Source: a virus | Direction: 5' to 3' (one strand) | IMG/VR virus record: IMGVR_UViG_3300015371_000017 | Location: 1-64,000 of that record | Length of the DNA stretch: 64,000 nt | In this document: piece after piece, positions 38,307 through 48,848 of the stretch | Position numbering within the stretch: the first letter of the stretch is position 1 | Layout of the letters: every line of letters begins with the position of its first letter | The notes under the pieces: generated by a model | What the model was told of the DNA's origin: nothing | What the model saw: the letters and a program-made list of their open reading frames with translations, nothing else | Database searches by the model: none | Position numbers and translations under genes: made by a program

Positions 38307-38708
38307 TTAATTGGTCGCGTAAGGCTCATCATTGATTGGGATGCGCCGATTTTCAAGTTCAAGTAAAAACTGCTGTCTTGCTTGTTGCTCTGGAACTCCC
38401 GCTGCCGCTGCGTCAGCCTTCCAGAACATCTCATACTCTTGTTTGTCTGCCCAACTTAATCCATCCCACGGGTCGGTAAATTGAGTTAGTCGCGGCGGTG
38501 CGTTCACTTGCTTGACTTGCGCGGGTTCACCTCGTGCTGGCATTCCCCACAACCCACCGAGTCTCATAGGAACTGTGACTAAAGTATCTTCTCTTTCGCG
38601 ATTGCGTAGCATCTCCGCTTCTAACTTACGCTCGGCGTTTACCGCGCGCCGTCGCCAGTAGTGATATCTCCATCGCCAGAACTGCCAGCGAATAAGTCGT
38701 CTTATCAT
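38307..38708 (-). CDS. hypothetical protein
   Basis: coupled ORF directly upstream of portal. Confidence 0.55.
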   Translation of the reverse strand: MIRRLIRWQFWRWRYHYWRRRAVNAERKLEAEMLRNREREDTLVTVPMRLGGLWGMPARGEPAQVKQVNAPPRLTQFTDPWDGLSWADKQEYEMFWKADAAAAGVPEQQARQQFLLELENRRIPINDEPYATN

Positions 38709-39151
38709 GCGTTCAGTGACTTGGCATCAGCCTTGAGACGTTTCTTGATTGCCTTTTCCGCCACTGGGCCAATACCTTCAATCGTGGTTAAGTCTTCCAC
38801 TTTGTTCAACTGTCCGTAGGTATTTATTCCGGCTTCGTGTAATTTGTTGTGCGCGGGAAAGTCCTTCGGCAGCGGCCCTTTCAAATCCAAGTGCTCTTTT
38901 TCTTCCGGAGTCGTGGGTTCTTCAGGCTCATCATCCACGCGCTCAGGTTCACTTTGACTCTTTGGCCGTGTTAGGTCGTAAACCCTTCCCTCAAACGCTC
39001 CGAATGGCCCATCGGTAATCTGACCATTCATTGCGCCTGCTGCTCTCTGAGCTAAGAGATTGCGATACTCCTCAACTAGATCGTCATAGTCAGGTTGGGT
39101 AGGTTTCTTGGTCGCGTTCCATGCTTCCCTGTAAATTGCGATGTAGTCCAT
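38705..39151 (-). CDS. helix-hairpin-helix DNA-binding protein
   Basis: LHEAGINT...DLTTIEGIGPVAEKAI. Confidence 0.65.
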   Translation of the reverse strand: MDYIAIYREAWNATKKPTQPDYDDLVEEYRNLLAQRAAGAMNGQITDGPFGAFEGRVYDLTRPKSQSEPERVDDEPEEPTTPEEKEHLDLKGPLPKDFPAHNKLHEAGINTYGQLNKVEDLTTIEGIGPVAEKAIKKRLKADAKSLNA

Positions 39152-39170
39152 CGTTCATCCCTCTGGGAAT

Positions 39171-39350
39171 TTACTTTTTCTTTCGGAGGCCGCGGAGAAC
39201 TAATGCGAATCGTGCGCGTTGCCCGGTTTTGCCGCTATCGTGCTTATGAGACTCAGCAAACGCCATCGGACTTTGACCAACACGTTTCGCAGATGCGGTT
39301 AGTGCGCCCGGCTTTTTGATGGCCGACTTAATCCAGTTGACCTTAGCCAC
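39171..39350 (-). CDS. 59-aa basic phage protein (not in ORF track)
   Basis: MAKVNWIKSAIKKPGALTASAK...GQRARFALVL; GGAG RBS. Confidence 0.65.
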   Translation of the reverse strand: MAKVNWIKSAIKKPGALTASAKRVGQSPMAFAESHKHDSGKTGQRARFALVLRGLRKKK

Positions 39351-39359
39351 GACACGCTC

Positions 39360-39707
39360 CTAACCGTAGATGCCGACGCCAAGATGAGACGTATTCGGGT
39401 CTTCAGAAGCCCAAGTGTCCTGAACCAGTCCTTCGACCGTAGTTGCCGCTTGGATACGACCGTCAGAAAGATCGCCAAGCGCAGCACCACGCCGAATTGC
39501 GTTGATGATGTTGATCCGTTGCGCGCCTGCTTCGGCACCCGCGTCTACAACAGCACCCTCAACGTCGGAGACTAAGTCCTCTGCCGTTGTCGCCGCCGCT
39601 ACCTGCGCGTCAGTCAAAAACCCTGCCGTGCCTGCTTGTCTTAGTGAGTAGCCGACCAGCGATGAAAGTACTCGATTTTCCGCCGGATATGTTAGAAGTC
39701 CAGAAAT
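39360..39707 (-). CDS. hypothetical protein, probable ATT start
   Basis: frame open to ATT at 39707, 6 nt after GGAGG. Confidence 0.55.
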   Translation of the reverse strand: MSGLLTYPAENRVLSSLVGYSLRQAGTAGFLTDAQVAAATTAEDLVSDVEGAVVDAGAEAGAQRINIINAIRRGAALGDLSDGRIQAATTVEGLVQDTWASEDPNTSHLGVGIYG

Positions 39708-39744
39708 GGCACACCTCCCGTGTTAAGCAACCTAAGTTGCGTTG

Positions 39745-39936
39745 TCATTTGCCCATCACGCACACGTGCTTTAATCCGCGCTTCTTCTTGGAAGCGGATT
39801 CGGGCAGTCCTTTTGGTGATTGATGCCCTAACATCTCTCCGGCTTTTTCGGCTGACATTCCCGGCGCGCGAACACTTCCTGATTGCACCGCCCGGAAGAA
39901 CCGATACTGCCTTTTACTGACTGCTTTGTTCGGCAT
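39745..39936 (-). CDS. small basic phage protein (leaderless)
   Basis: MP..AVSKRQ.RF...KGLPE pattern; TGTTACTAT 7 nt upstream. Confidence 0.6.
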   Translation of the reverse strand: MPNKAVSKRQYRFFRAVQSGSVRAPGMSAEKAGEMLGHQSPKGLPESASKKKRGLKHVCVMGK

Positions 39937-39980
39937 CGCCGCGATAGTAACACTCCGTAGCCTTTTGACACAATCAATTT

Positions 39981-41891
39981 CTATTTAAGCGGCTGGCCCC
40001 AGCAGTCAACCTCTTTTGGCGCGTCCTGCTTCACGGTCTTCCTTGCTAACCACAAAGCTAACTCTGCGCTCATTGCTGCTCGGCTAGGATCGACATCAGA
40101 TCGCTTCTGTAGCTCATCAAATCTGTACCCAGCGGGTATTGCCGCCTGAAGTTTCTGCGCTGGTGTCATACCCACACTTATTGGCCCAAAAGTTACCATC
40201 AGCATTCTCGTGGCGTCGCAAGAATCCTCGTCTTTCTTCATCGGCTGTTCAACCGTCATTCCTGATTTCGTCTCTTCAACCTTGCGCGACTTCCATTTGT
40301 AGGATTGATCGCGATGGGTTTTTAGTCCTAAGTCATCTTTAAGGCGCGCCACTGGAAACTGATCGGAGATCGTAATATCAAACCATGAGGGGCATCCGAT
40401 CTTCCACAATCCGTCCAGCTCCTTTTCATCTCTATGAAACGGGTGCGGCCTTTTTCTGTCAGGATATAAGTAGTGACGCCATTGAGACACACCAGCCCAT
40501 TTATCGCTGTCGCAAGGCTGAAAATGCCATCCTAATTCTTCGTTTAGCGTAATTCGTTCGCCTCGTTTCTCGTGCGACATGAATTGACGTTCTATTTTCT
40601 CATCAGGCCACATTCTTGCCCGCACTTGAGGCTCCATTGTGTTGAGACTGGTATTTGTAAATACACAGCCACGATAGCGAAAAATGCTCCCCGCTAACGG
40701 ATAACCCTCCGGAACTTTTGTTAAAAACGTCCACGCTGTTTGGTGTCCGGTCGTAAAACCCAAATCAAGTCCGACATCGCAAGCCCACTCAGACGGTATA
40801 CGACGTACTCCGTACAACGCCTCGAACTGATCCCAAGTAATTAGATGGGTCTTATTAGCCCGATCATCATACTCTGGCAAAACTCGGTCAATCTGTTCAC
40901 CGGAAAAATCGTGTTGGTACTCCGCCACGAACCCTTCGTATCCAGAACGATCCAGAAACGATTGACATTCAGCCATATCGATAAACGGCCACGTTGGTGT
41001 ACCTCCTACAATCACACTACGCGGCCCTTTGTCTGTCTGTTGATGCTCAATTTCAATTTCATCAAACGCCTTGATCGGATTGTCTCCGCGACGTAACGCA
41101 AGAATATCCGTTTGCCGAGTGTGTATCCGATTGAGAACCGAATTTGAGTGAATGAGATTCTGGGCAAAAACTACTTTGGTTCTTGCTGTGCCCATCGGCA
41201 AAATCTTTTTAGATATGCGCTTCTCTTTTTTAAGGATAACTTCTGGCGAGTCATCATCATCGTCAATGTCGTCAAGGATGATAAGCGACACACGAGTATC
41301 CCCACGCTTCCAACCACGAATTGCTTTATCCAAACCTACGGGCCGCACAGCCCACCCGTTACCCGTCATTAGATAATCTTGCCGCCAACCGTAGGCCGCG
41401 CCTTTGCCCTTTTTGTGCTCGCCAATTTCCGGCTTTTGCATCCCCGGATAAGCACGAGATAATTCACCCTCTGCTTCAATACGCTCTCGAATGGCCTCTA
41501 CGTGCGCTTCCGCTTGTTCCGCCGTGCCCGATACATACAATACAAACCCTTTTCCAATTAGGCATCCTTCGGCTATTGCAAGCCATTCTGCGTTTGTGCT
41601 TTTTCCTAAACCACGCCCCCATATTGCGAGATAAGTCAGGTCTTCCAAATCCATCGCTTGCCCTGCGCGTTGTTTGTTAGTAAGCGGCCAATACCAATCC
41701 CATATATCGCGATGGAAATCAGAGAAATCCCCACTGAAACTATGCGGCCCAAGAGTCTTCAGCCACGTCTCCCACCCTTGTCTCTCAAGTAACGCTCCCT
41801 TCGACGGACGAAACTGCCCACTTGCTCGTATCCGCAGGACTTCTTTTTGAATCTCTCTGAGTGTTTCAGGCTTCATCACATTCAACGTCAA
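39981..41891 (-). CDS. terL: terminase large subunit
   Basis: Walker A GRGLGKS, Walker B IILDD, AEYQH, nuclease DLG and D..DATR. Confidence 0.85.
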   Translation of the reverse strand: MTLNVMKPETLREIQKEVLRIRASGQFRPSKGALLERQGWETWLKTLGPHSFSGDFSDFHRDIWDWYWPLTNKQRAGQAMDLEDLTYLAIWGRGLGKSTNAEWLAIAEGCLIGKGFVLYVSGTAEQAEAHVEAIRERIEAEGELSRAYPGMQKPEIGEHKKGKGAAYGWRQDYLMTGNGWAVRPVGLDKAIRGWKRGDTRVSLIILDDIDDDDDSPEVILKKEKRISKKILPMGTARTKVVFAQNLIHSNSVLNRIHTRQTDILALRRGDNPIKAFDEIEIEHQQTDKGPRSVIVGGTPTWPFIDMAECQSFLDRSGYEGFVAEYQHDFSGEQIDRVLPEYDDRANKTHLITWDQFEALYGVRRIPSEWACDVGLDLGFTTGHQTAWTFLTKVPEGYPLAGSIFRYRGCVFTNTSLNTMEPQVRARMWPDEKIERQFMSHEKRGERITLNEELGWHFQPCDSDKWAGVSQWRHYLYPDRKRPHPFHRDEKELDGLWKIGCPSWFDITISDQFPVARLKDDLGLKTHRDQSYKWKSRKVEETKSGMTVEQPMKKDEDSCDATRMLMVTFGPISVGMTPAQKLQAAIPAGYRFDELQKRSDVDPSRAAMSAELALWLARKTVKQDAPKEVDCWGQPLK

Positions 41892-42138
41892 TCGTCACTA
41901 AATTTCTCGTGTGATAAATTTTCTTGCCTCGGATCGTGTACAGATAAAGATGCCGTAGAGCCATCTGATTTCCATTCATCAACATTTGAATCTCAGATTC
42001 ATGCAAAGCTCCGCGACGCAATGGAGTTCCATCTCCATCGTCATAGACGTTTCCATATTTAACTATTTTCAGGGATGTACTTGAACTCGGATGAGTTGGA
42101 AGGTCTGCGCCGTTTACGAGAGGTTCTGTTTCATTCAT
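41866..42138 (-). CDS. hypothetical protein
   Basis: ATGA-coupled to the upstream gene. Confidence 0.4.
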   Translation of the reverse strand: MNETEPLVNGADLPTHPSSSTSLKIVKYGNVYDDGDGTPLRRGALHESEIQMLMNGNQMALRHLYLYTIRGKKIYHTRNLVTIDVECDEA

Positions 42139-42890
42139 CCCACGCACGGATTCCACCTGCGAGTGAGTGCAGGCCCAGAAAAGTTAAGCGCCGCCGCCTC
42201 GAATTGCCGTGTCAGTTCTCTTTCTTCTGCCGACAAGCTCAGCATCAGTCCTTGACGGCGTTCTGCGTTGTAAGCACGGCCATCTTTCGAATCAGCCGCA
42301 TCCCACTCTGTGAGCGGGAGTAAAGCAAGAGCACTCCGTACTTCTATCAGGTCTGCGTCTTCTGACCACTCTGGCGAACTTGAAAGCGAGTCCGTGTATG
42401 TTCCTGAATTATTCTGAAGATACTTAATTTGATACTGAGCCACCAAAAGAGGAAGTGGTTGAATTTCAATGAATGCCTGATTGTTTCGCCAATAGAACGC
42501 CACTCTCTGCGCAGTGCAATTCGATCCATCGTAAGGAATAAAAGCTGCCGCTGCGATGTTTGTCGGCCATCCCCAATCTAGCGGCATGTTCTGAGGTTGA
42601 AAGAACGGAATCAGTCGCGGAATCCACGTCACCAAATTAGGCGCGTAAGTAATCACCGCTAGAGGCGTTCCGAAATCAGCAGCGGTAATCTGATAAGTTG
42701 CCAAATTCGGCCGAACTGAGATTATCAGATCGTTGTAATTCCAGACGTTTCCAGTGTTGTGCTTATGTCGGAGGATCGTGCGCGTCTGCGTCATCACTTG
42801 ATTAAGGATGGCGTAGTACGAAGGACGCTGCGCTCTGGGGTCGCCAAGGCGCAGCATCACATTCGAGCACATTTCTTCGATGTTAGGCAT
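42135..42890 (-). CDS. head-tail adaptor (tubular protein A-like)
   Basis: N-terminal helices, TYQI.A.DF, I.P.P...Y.I.Y pattern. Confidence 0.55.
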   Translation of the reverse strand: MPNIEEMCSNVMLRLGDPRAQRPSYYAILNQVMTQTRTILRHKHNTGNVWNYNDLIISVRPNLATYQITAADFGTPLAVITYAPNLVTWIPRLIPFFQPQNMPLDWGWPTNIAAAAFIPYDGSNCTAQRVAFYWRNNQAFIEIQPLPLLVAQYQIKYLQNNSGTYTDSLSSSPEWSEDADLIEVRSALALLPLTEWDAADSKDGRAYNAERRQGLMLSLSAEERELTRQFEAAALNFSGPALTRRWNPCVG

Positions 42891-44082
42891 TCTTCTTTAG
42901 TTCACACCATTTTCGCTCGTGAAGTGCAAGGCCTTGAGCGGTTGGGAAACTCTTACCGCAGTCACAATCAAAACTTGGCGTTTCGTCCGTGGCTGTTGCC
43001 GCCATCGTGTCCTTGTTCACGGGCACATAATGCGCTTTAACATCATCAACCGAGAACTCTTCGCCAACAATGCCAGCAGCTTGTAGACGCTCTGTTGGGG
43101 TCACTGGAACGTCTGCCCTCTGAGCTTTCCGTTCCTCGGCAATGGCCTTTGCCTCTTCAAGCTGAAGCGCGACTAGTTCCTTCTGCATCTGAGCAAGTTC
43201 AGCATCGCCTTGTGGGGCGACTTGAACGCTCTTGCGAATGTTAATGTCTTGTCGCTCCATTCCTAGCTGTTCCAATAGAACAAAATCCAAATCACTGTAT
43301 TGAGGAATGTAGCCAGTTTGAGACTTCGCTCCCAACTCCCTCATCATGTAATGCTTCTGCTCTACTGTTGCCGCGGCATAGTTCCGAAAAGCCGAAAGAG
43401 AACTCAGCATCTCGTCAATGATCGGGCGAAGCAGAGTATTACTTTGCGCAGTAAGGAGAATGTCTTCCGTCTCGTTCAAGAGAACAGGAATGAGCGGCCA
43501 CTTCGGGAAGATCGTGGTTTGAATCTTCCAAATCTCAGGATCGTGGTTTATCCCGTTACCTAAATCAGTTGGATTGTAGGGCTGCCCTCGGAGTGTCTTT
43601 AATTCCACGATGCCCATGTTGCGTCGCATCAGCGCATTGGAGCTTCCATTCACAATCGCATTGATTTGATCGGCGGGATAGGCCATCTTGCCGTACATTG
43701 GTTGAATGACAGATTTTGCCCCTGACTCGTCCTTATCCGGCGCGACGTACCCTTGAGGAACGGGACGAAGGAAAAAACTCTGATCGCTATCAGTGGCTTT
43801 CCTCCAATAATCTTGCGTCACCCAGTTATGAGTGTCTTTCAGAACCGGAGTAACTCGACCTTTACGAAGGAAGTGCTTAACGAACTTGAGACAAGAATTG
43901 TGAACCTCTATCCCGCCGTACTTAGTCCACCAGCGGTTTTGGGCAATCTCCGCTGTAATAGTCGATCCTAAGACCGTAACGAAATGCGGAGCTTCGCGGT
44001 CGCGGGATAGTTGGGGTGGTTCAAAAGGCGTCCCTTCGATAGGATAACCTTCGCTAATCTGTCTCTCAATAACGGCTGACAT
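42883..44082 (-). CDS. hypothetical protein with C-terminal C2HC zinc finger
   Basis: CDCGKSFPTAQGLALHERKWC. Confidence 0.65.
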   Translation of the reverse strand: MSAVIERQISEGYPIEGTPFEPPQLSRDREAPHFVTVLGSTITAEIAQNRWWTKYGGIEVHNSCLKFVKHFLRKGRVTPVLKDTHNWVTQDYWRKATDSDQSFFLRPVPQGYVAPDKDESGAKSVIQPMYGKMAYPADQINAIVNGSSNALMRRNMGIVELKTLRGQPYNPTDLGNGINHDPEIWKIQTTIFPKWPLIPVLLNETEDILLTAQSNTLLRPIIDEMLSSLSAFRNYAAATVEQKHYMMRELGAKSQTGYIPQYSDLDFVLLEQLGMERQDINIRKSVQVAPQGDAELAQMQKELVALQLEEAKAIAEERKAQRADVPVTPTERLQAAGIVGEEFSVDDVKAHYVPVNKDTMAATATDETPSFDCDCGKSFPTAQGLALHERKWCELKKNA

Positions 44083-44091
44083 ATTCCTCCT

Positions 44092-44859
44092 TCAGTTTGG
44101 CAGTAACAAACCGGAATTTGATTCTTTGAATCCGCTGGTTGACACTGGCTTCCGTTTCCAGTGATCCAGCATAAACTCATTCAATGCGCGATCTTCTTCA
44201 ATCTTCTTTTGCTGGCCTTCAATCAGTTGCGATCTTAATTTCATTTGCGCCCGTGCGGATTCTAAATGTCTAATGTCTTGAGTGGGATTAACATCTGGGT
44301 CACGTAATGCTTCCCATGATGTTTTTCTGATCCAATCAAGTAACCTTTCATTTGGTTCTAAGTATCGCCCCCAGCAATGAAAATACTCAGGCCCACATTT
44401 ACATTCATCTCCAAGACACGGACAGCACTTGCCGTCATGGTAGCACCATGCTTTCAGTTCGACATATCTTTCTGTCGGGCATGGCCCTGCCCAATCCCAT
44501 AATCGCAGAGTCTCACCGTCTGCTCCGTACATCGAATAACGAGTTGCTTCCCACGTCGGAGCGTATTGCTCAGGTTCGATTCTTTCCAAGAGAACCCAAC
44601 GGGGAGCAGAAACTTCGTTCCCTTCCGAATCGTGATAGGCAATGAAGATCGGAAAAGTGTAGCCATGAGGCTCTGTGCCGTGAGGGTACGGACGCCAGCG
44701 TAATTCCTCTGGTGCCCACGCAAGCTTAATGATGCTGCGGCCATCCCTCGTGCCGACGATTTGATCAATCAGCCTTTGGTAGGCCGCAACATCGAAATTA
44801 GACGGGCGCGGTTCGTTGGGAACCCAGCGTTCCGCGCCGTCCTGTGGTGCTAGTTTCAT
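44092..44859 (-). CDS. hypothetical protein with Cys-rich insert
   Basis: PRWVLLE; CYHDGKCCPCLGDECKC...HC. Confidence 0.6.
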   Translation of the reverse strand: MKLAPQDGAERWVPNEPRPSNFDVAAYQRLIDQIVGTRDGRSIIKLAWAPEELRWRPYPHGTEPHGYTFPIFIAYHDSEGNEVSAPRWVLLERIEPEQYAPTWEATRYSMYGADGETLRLWDWAGPCPTERYVELKAWCYHDGKCCPCLGDECKCGPEYFHCWGRYLEPNERLLDWIRKTSWEALRDPDVNPTQDIRHLESARAQMKLRSQLIEGQQKKIEEDRALNEFMLDHWKRKPVSTSGFKESNSGLLLPN

Positions 44860-45107
44860 GGGAAGCCGATAATCCTCAGAGTCTCACTTCCGGTTAGAGA
44901 CGCGCCGCTAATGCTCGCCGTCTGTCCGCTGAACGTAACGACAAACGGCCCTAGAGCGCGAATCGGTTGTTTCACGAATTTTGTAACATAGCTACCGCTC
45001 GTGTCACCACTCCCAGTCACGGTTACGTCTTCGTAAATCATTCCTGAGCCGTCGTTGTTCTGTCCCGGCCCCGGCTGGTAGGAAGCTAACGCAGTTGTAT
45101 ATGACAT
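44856..45107 (-). CDS. putative capsid decoration protein
   Basis: small beta-rich gene right after the capsid gene; AGGAGG RBS. Confidence 0.5.
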   Translation of the reverse strand: MSYTTALASYQPGPGQNNDGSGMIYEDVTVTGSGDTSGSYVTKFVKQPIRALGPFVVTFSGQTASISGASLTGSETLRIIGFP

Positions 45108-45118
45108 CGTTATCCTCC

Positions 45119-46414
45119 TTACGCGCCCATGCCAACGTCAACCTGGCGGACAATGTTTGTACTTGAAGCCCGTTTGACTGTACTCACCGCGAGTGGTTTG
45201 TTCAAGCCAATAGTCCAACTTGTTCCCCACATGCGGTAGTAGTTGCGCGAACCAGTCAGGTTTACGCCGGGAAGATTTCGCCACTGGAGGTTGTCAGGTT
45301 GAATGTCGCCAAACGCGAACTCAGTGCCCTTTTCCAATGCGTCACCCTTGAAGAACGAGGAACGATCCTCTTCCCAGTTGGACATTTCAAGAATGCGAGT
45401 ACCGTCAGCGTCTTTGTAGCCACCAGCGATGTCTACTACAGGTTCATCACCGCCGGTGCGATGGAAACCATAACCCTGCACTCTCAAATCAGACATTAGG
45501 CCGGGAGTGACGAGATTCGTTAATCCCGCTCTCGCCCCCTTGTCGATGTTGAGAACGACTAATTGGGTTTTGACCTTCTCCCGATCCGAAACCGTGAACT
45601 TCGTGCCATTCAAATCAATCGACGGACAGTTAAGAACTGTGTCCACCGAAGTATCGCGGCCTTGGAAAATCCGGTTGTTGTCGTCAATACATCCCGAAAC
45701 ACCCATCGGCGCGGCCATATATCCGCCTACGTCACAGATCGGATTTCCCGACGTAACGACACCGGACAAAAGCGTAACCGTAGCTTGGGTTTTGTTATTT
45801 GACGACGTAACCAGAATCGTTCCTTCAGGAAGTCCGGTGGTTGTATCGAAACTCTGATAATACTGATTCTGCTTCAGTCTCACCGCGCCCTTGGTGTGGC
45901 CCGGTGTGGCGTCTGCTGAAGTATCACAGGTCAAAGTCTGTCCTGCGCCCACTACGGTCAGCGAAGCAGACGAATAAGCCAAAGCGCCCGTACCGTCACC
46001 ACAAGCGAAGAACTCCTGATGTTGGGCGGCAGCGTCAACGGTCTGCTTAACAATCTCTTGGATATTAAACATTGCGTTGGCTTTCTTTGGGCCGCGATCT
46101 CCTCCAGCATCCACCATCAAAAGATAGTCGATAACCATTGAGATCGAATACATCTGCGGGACAACCCACATCGAGTCTGACTGACTTGGAATTGCCCGAT
46201 TGTTATCCGGCGAAGCAAGAGTCGGTAGGGAATGCCCTCCTGCTTGGGTTTTCACGAAGTAGTACCGCCAACCCCGTTGAGAGGTTTCGACGGCGTTAGT
46301 GATCTCACCGATTGAATTCCACAAGGGGGCAGCAAGCACCGACCAATCTTGCGAGCGAATAAGCTGCTGGGCGTAGAAATCGACCCAGTTGTTTACACTA
46401 TCAACTTCTGGCAT
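45119..46414 (-). CDS. major capsid protein
   Basis: 431 aa, GDGTGALA motif, strong RBS, follows the scaffold-like gene. Confidence 0.75.
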   Translation of the reverse strand: MPEVDSVNNWVDFYAQQLIRSQDWSVLAAPLWNSIGEITNAVETSQRGWRYYFVKTQAGGHSLPTLASPDNNRAIPSQSDSMWVVPQMYSISMVIDYLLMVDAGGDRGPKKANAMFNIQEIVKQTVDAAAQHQEFFACGDGTGALAYSSASLTVVGAGQTLTCDTSADATPGHTKGAVRLKQNQYYQSFDTTTGLPEGTILVTSSNNKTQATVTLLSGVVTSGNPICDVGGYMAAPMGVSGCIDDNNRIFQGRDTSVDTVLNCPSIDLNGTKFTVSDREKVKTQLVVLNIDKGARAGLTNLVTPGLMSDLRVQGYGFHRTGGDEPVVDIAGGYKDADGTRILEMSNWEEDRSSFFKGDALEKGTEFAFGDIQPDNLQWRNLPGVNLTGSRNYYRMWGTSWTIGLNKPLAVSTVKRASSTNIVRQVDVGMGA

Positions 46415-46425
46415 TTGATTGCTCC

Positions 46426-48003
46426 TTATCCGAATTGACGCTCAATTTCCTGTCGTGTCAGAAATATCTGACCCGCAGGGCGTTGAGCGGGGGCGGTTGC
46501 CGGATTGAAGCCTGTACCGTTTACCGGGGGTCGCACCGTAGCCGCGCCGTTCAAGGTAGAGTTGTAGTTGCCAGCTTTCATCTCAAAGAAATCACTCAAC
46601 AGGGCTTTCACCGCTTTAGTAATGGCATTTCCATTACCCTTCAGGTTACTGGCGGCTTTACGAGCGTTGGACTGTAATGTTCCCAGCCCGCCCGGTACGT
46701 TACCATTCTGCCCATAACCTAATTGCCCTGCGTCACGAGTGTTGTTCGCGTACTCTTGTCTTGCTGCGTTGAACTTCTGAAGTATTTCATCAGTTACTCC
46801 CAGTCCCTTGAGTACGTCTTGAGCAAGCCAAGATGTATCAGGAACAGAAAGCGCGGCAGTGACTAGAGCCACGAAGTTTCCTACACCCGCATTTACCTGT
46901 TGAGCTTTTTGATTGAACTGCGCCACTGCCTCCGGCCCCATCTTTTGTGCCTCCGGGGACTGAGGATCGATCGGCGCGATGAATTTGCTGTTCTCTACAA
47001 CATTATCGCGATACTCGGTAAACAACTGCCTAAACCCTTCTTCCACAGCTTTGTGCCCAGCCTCTTCCGCTTGTTGGGCGTGATAGGCTTCGGCTCGTTG
47101 CTGTCGCTGGGTCTCAATTTCCCTCGCCTTCCGATTTTCCTCTTTCGTTTGGAATTGGTCTTGTTTCTCCTCAAGATATTCCTTAATGAATTCGGGATCG
47201 TTTAGCTTTAGGGATTGCCGCTTATCGTAAGGCAAATCTTTGTAGACTTTCTGTAGTGCCTCCTCTTGCGGAGTTAGGTTATCAGGGTCTACAGCGATTG
47301 CCGCCGTAATTTGCGACATCTCTTGTTCAGTTGCTTGCCAAGTTGGTGCTATCGAAGTCGGTTCAACCCCACCCAAGAGTTTTAATGCCGCTGCGCGTCT
47401 TTCTGGATCGCGTCGCATTTCTTCCAGCGCCAGATCAATTCGGGGAATCTCTCGCCCATCGTCGGTACGAGTGAGTCCATTCATTAAATCTGCGGCTAGA
47501 TAGTCTGCGACTAAAGGATCGCGTTGCGCTAACTCTTGAGCTACCTTTTCAGTGGCGGGAACAAGTTGACCATCAACCCGTTCGTATGTACCGAAAAGCT
47601 TGTCATGCCACTCAACGGCTGCTTGGAGTTCTTCAGAAGTCTGAAACCGATCTAAAATCGGTTCAGCTATCTTTAGTTTCTCTGCTTGCTCGCTAAGTTG
47701 GGGTTTGAAAGTCTGTTCAATAGCTTGCCGCATCTGTACCAGCGACTTTTTGTACTGAAGATTGTCATCTAACTGGTTGAGTTCGTCTAATGACGGAACA
47801 CCAGCGAGAATGTCATCTTCAGTTGTCGTGGTTTGAGTTGCGGTTCCTTGAACATTGGCGGTCGTATCGTGACCTTGCGATTGCTCCGTAGGTTGTGGAG
47901 CGCCAGATGTATCCGTTGTGGAGCTTGGCGTGTACTCCCCGCCTGTTGAGGCGGCAACGTCGGACTGTACGTTGGGTGCGCCAATAGAACTTTCTACTTG
48001 CAC
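46426..48003 (-). CDS. scaffolding protein
   Basis: acidic, low-complexity N-terminus and coiled coils, directly upstream of the capsid gene; probable leaderless GTG start. Confidence 0.6.
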   Translation of the reverse strand: MQVESSIGAPNVQSDVAASTGGEYTPSSTTDTSGAPQPTEQSQGHDTTANVQGTATQTTTTEDDILAGVPSLDELNQLDDNLQYKKSLVQMRQAIEQTFKPQLSEQAEKLKIAEPILDRFQTSEELQAAVEWHDKLFGTYERVDGQLVPATEKVAQELAQRDPLVADYLAADLMNGLTRTDDGREIPRIDLALEEMRRDPERRAAALKLLGGVEPTSIAPTWQATEQEMSQITAAIAVDPDNLTPQEEALQKVYKDLPYDKRQSLKLNDPEFIKEYLEEKQDQFQTKEENRKAREIETQRQQRAEAYHAQQAEEAGHKAVEEGFRQLFTEYRDNVVENSKFIAPIDPQSPEAQKMGPEAVAQFNQKAQQVNAGVGNFVALVTAALSVPDTSWLAQDVLKGLGVTDEILQKFNAARQEYANNTRDAGQLGYGQNGNVPGGLGTLQSNARKAASNLKGNGNAITKAVKALLSDFFEMKAGNYNSTLNGAATVRPPVNGTGFNPATAPAQRPAGQIFLTRQEIERQFG

Positions 48004-48275
48004 GGCCAAGACGATACACTTGTTTACTAAGAAAACGCAATACTCTTTTCGGGCTGTGTTGAATTGACCCTAGAGGAAGGGTAGATAGAAAGGTGTTAGT
48101 TCGTGGAATCCTCAGTTAGTAAACCCGATTCCGGCTCTGATAAGCGCGGCACACATGAAGAAAATCACGGCGGCGATCACCAGCAAGGATAACAGGCGCA
48201 AACGAATCGCCAAGATACCGACGTAAACGCCAAGGCTGCCCATCAGTGCGGCAAGAATAAAAAGTGACAGGGACT

Positions 48276-48488
48276 TCATTGTTTCTCTCTAGCTGCAATT
48301 AGAGCACAGACAGCACGCTCAAGTTCGACGCTGAATCCGTATTTCGATAGCGGTTCATTGTTGCGCGCTGCTGCGTACTTACAGGCTATCGCCGCCTCGA
48401 TTACTGCTTCTTCTTTCCCGCGCAACGTATCAGGATGGCTGGGGAATCGACGTTCGTGTTCAGGGATGTCAAATATGCTCTGGCTCAT
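48276..48488 (-). CDS. hypothetical protein
   Basis: ORF in a chain of coupled small genes. Confidence 0.45.
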   Translation of the reverse strand: MSQSIFDIPEHERRFPSHPDTLRGKEEAVIEAAIACKYAAARNNEPLSKYGFSVELERAVCALIAAREKQ

Positions 48489-48644
48489 TCGGTTACGTAC
48501 TCCGCATCTAAAATATCTTCGAGAACTATTTCAGGCCACTCATCTTCTTGCGGAAAATGTCGCGCATGAAGTTCGATCACTTGCCGTGCGTAGTATTCTT
48601 GCAGATCGCGCCAATAGTCGCCAGGGTCTAGGTAGGCCATCACG

Positions 48645-48848
48645 TTAGCCCCGGAACATCACGCCTGATAGGTTGGCGATTTCCATGCGGTCAAACATGT
48701 CCGGTACGAACGGGGCAGCTTCGACGTACCAACACAACTCTCCGCCCGTAAGGTCATGCCATAACTCATAACACTCACGCATTATCTCAAGTTGCAGTTC
48801 GTAAATATTTATTCCACCCATTTTTACCTCGCCGTTTACAATTTCCAA
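48645..48848 (-). CDS. hypothetical protein
   Basis: ORF track. Confidence 0.4.
   Translation of the reverse strand: MEIVNGEVKMGGINIYELQLEIMRECYELWHDLTGGELCWYVEAAPFVPDMFDRMEIANLSGVMFRG

Noticed and set aside
39981-41891. Intein in terL
   Set aside because: No splice-junction or LAGLIDADG motifs were seen, and the length fits an uninterrupted protein.
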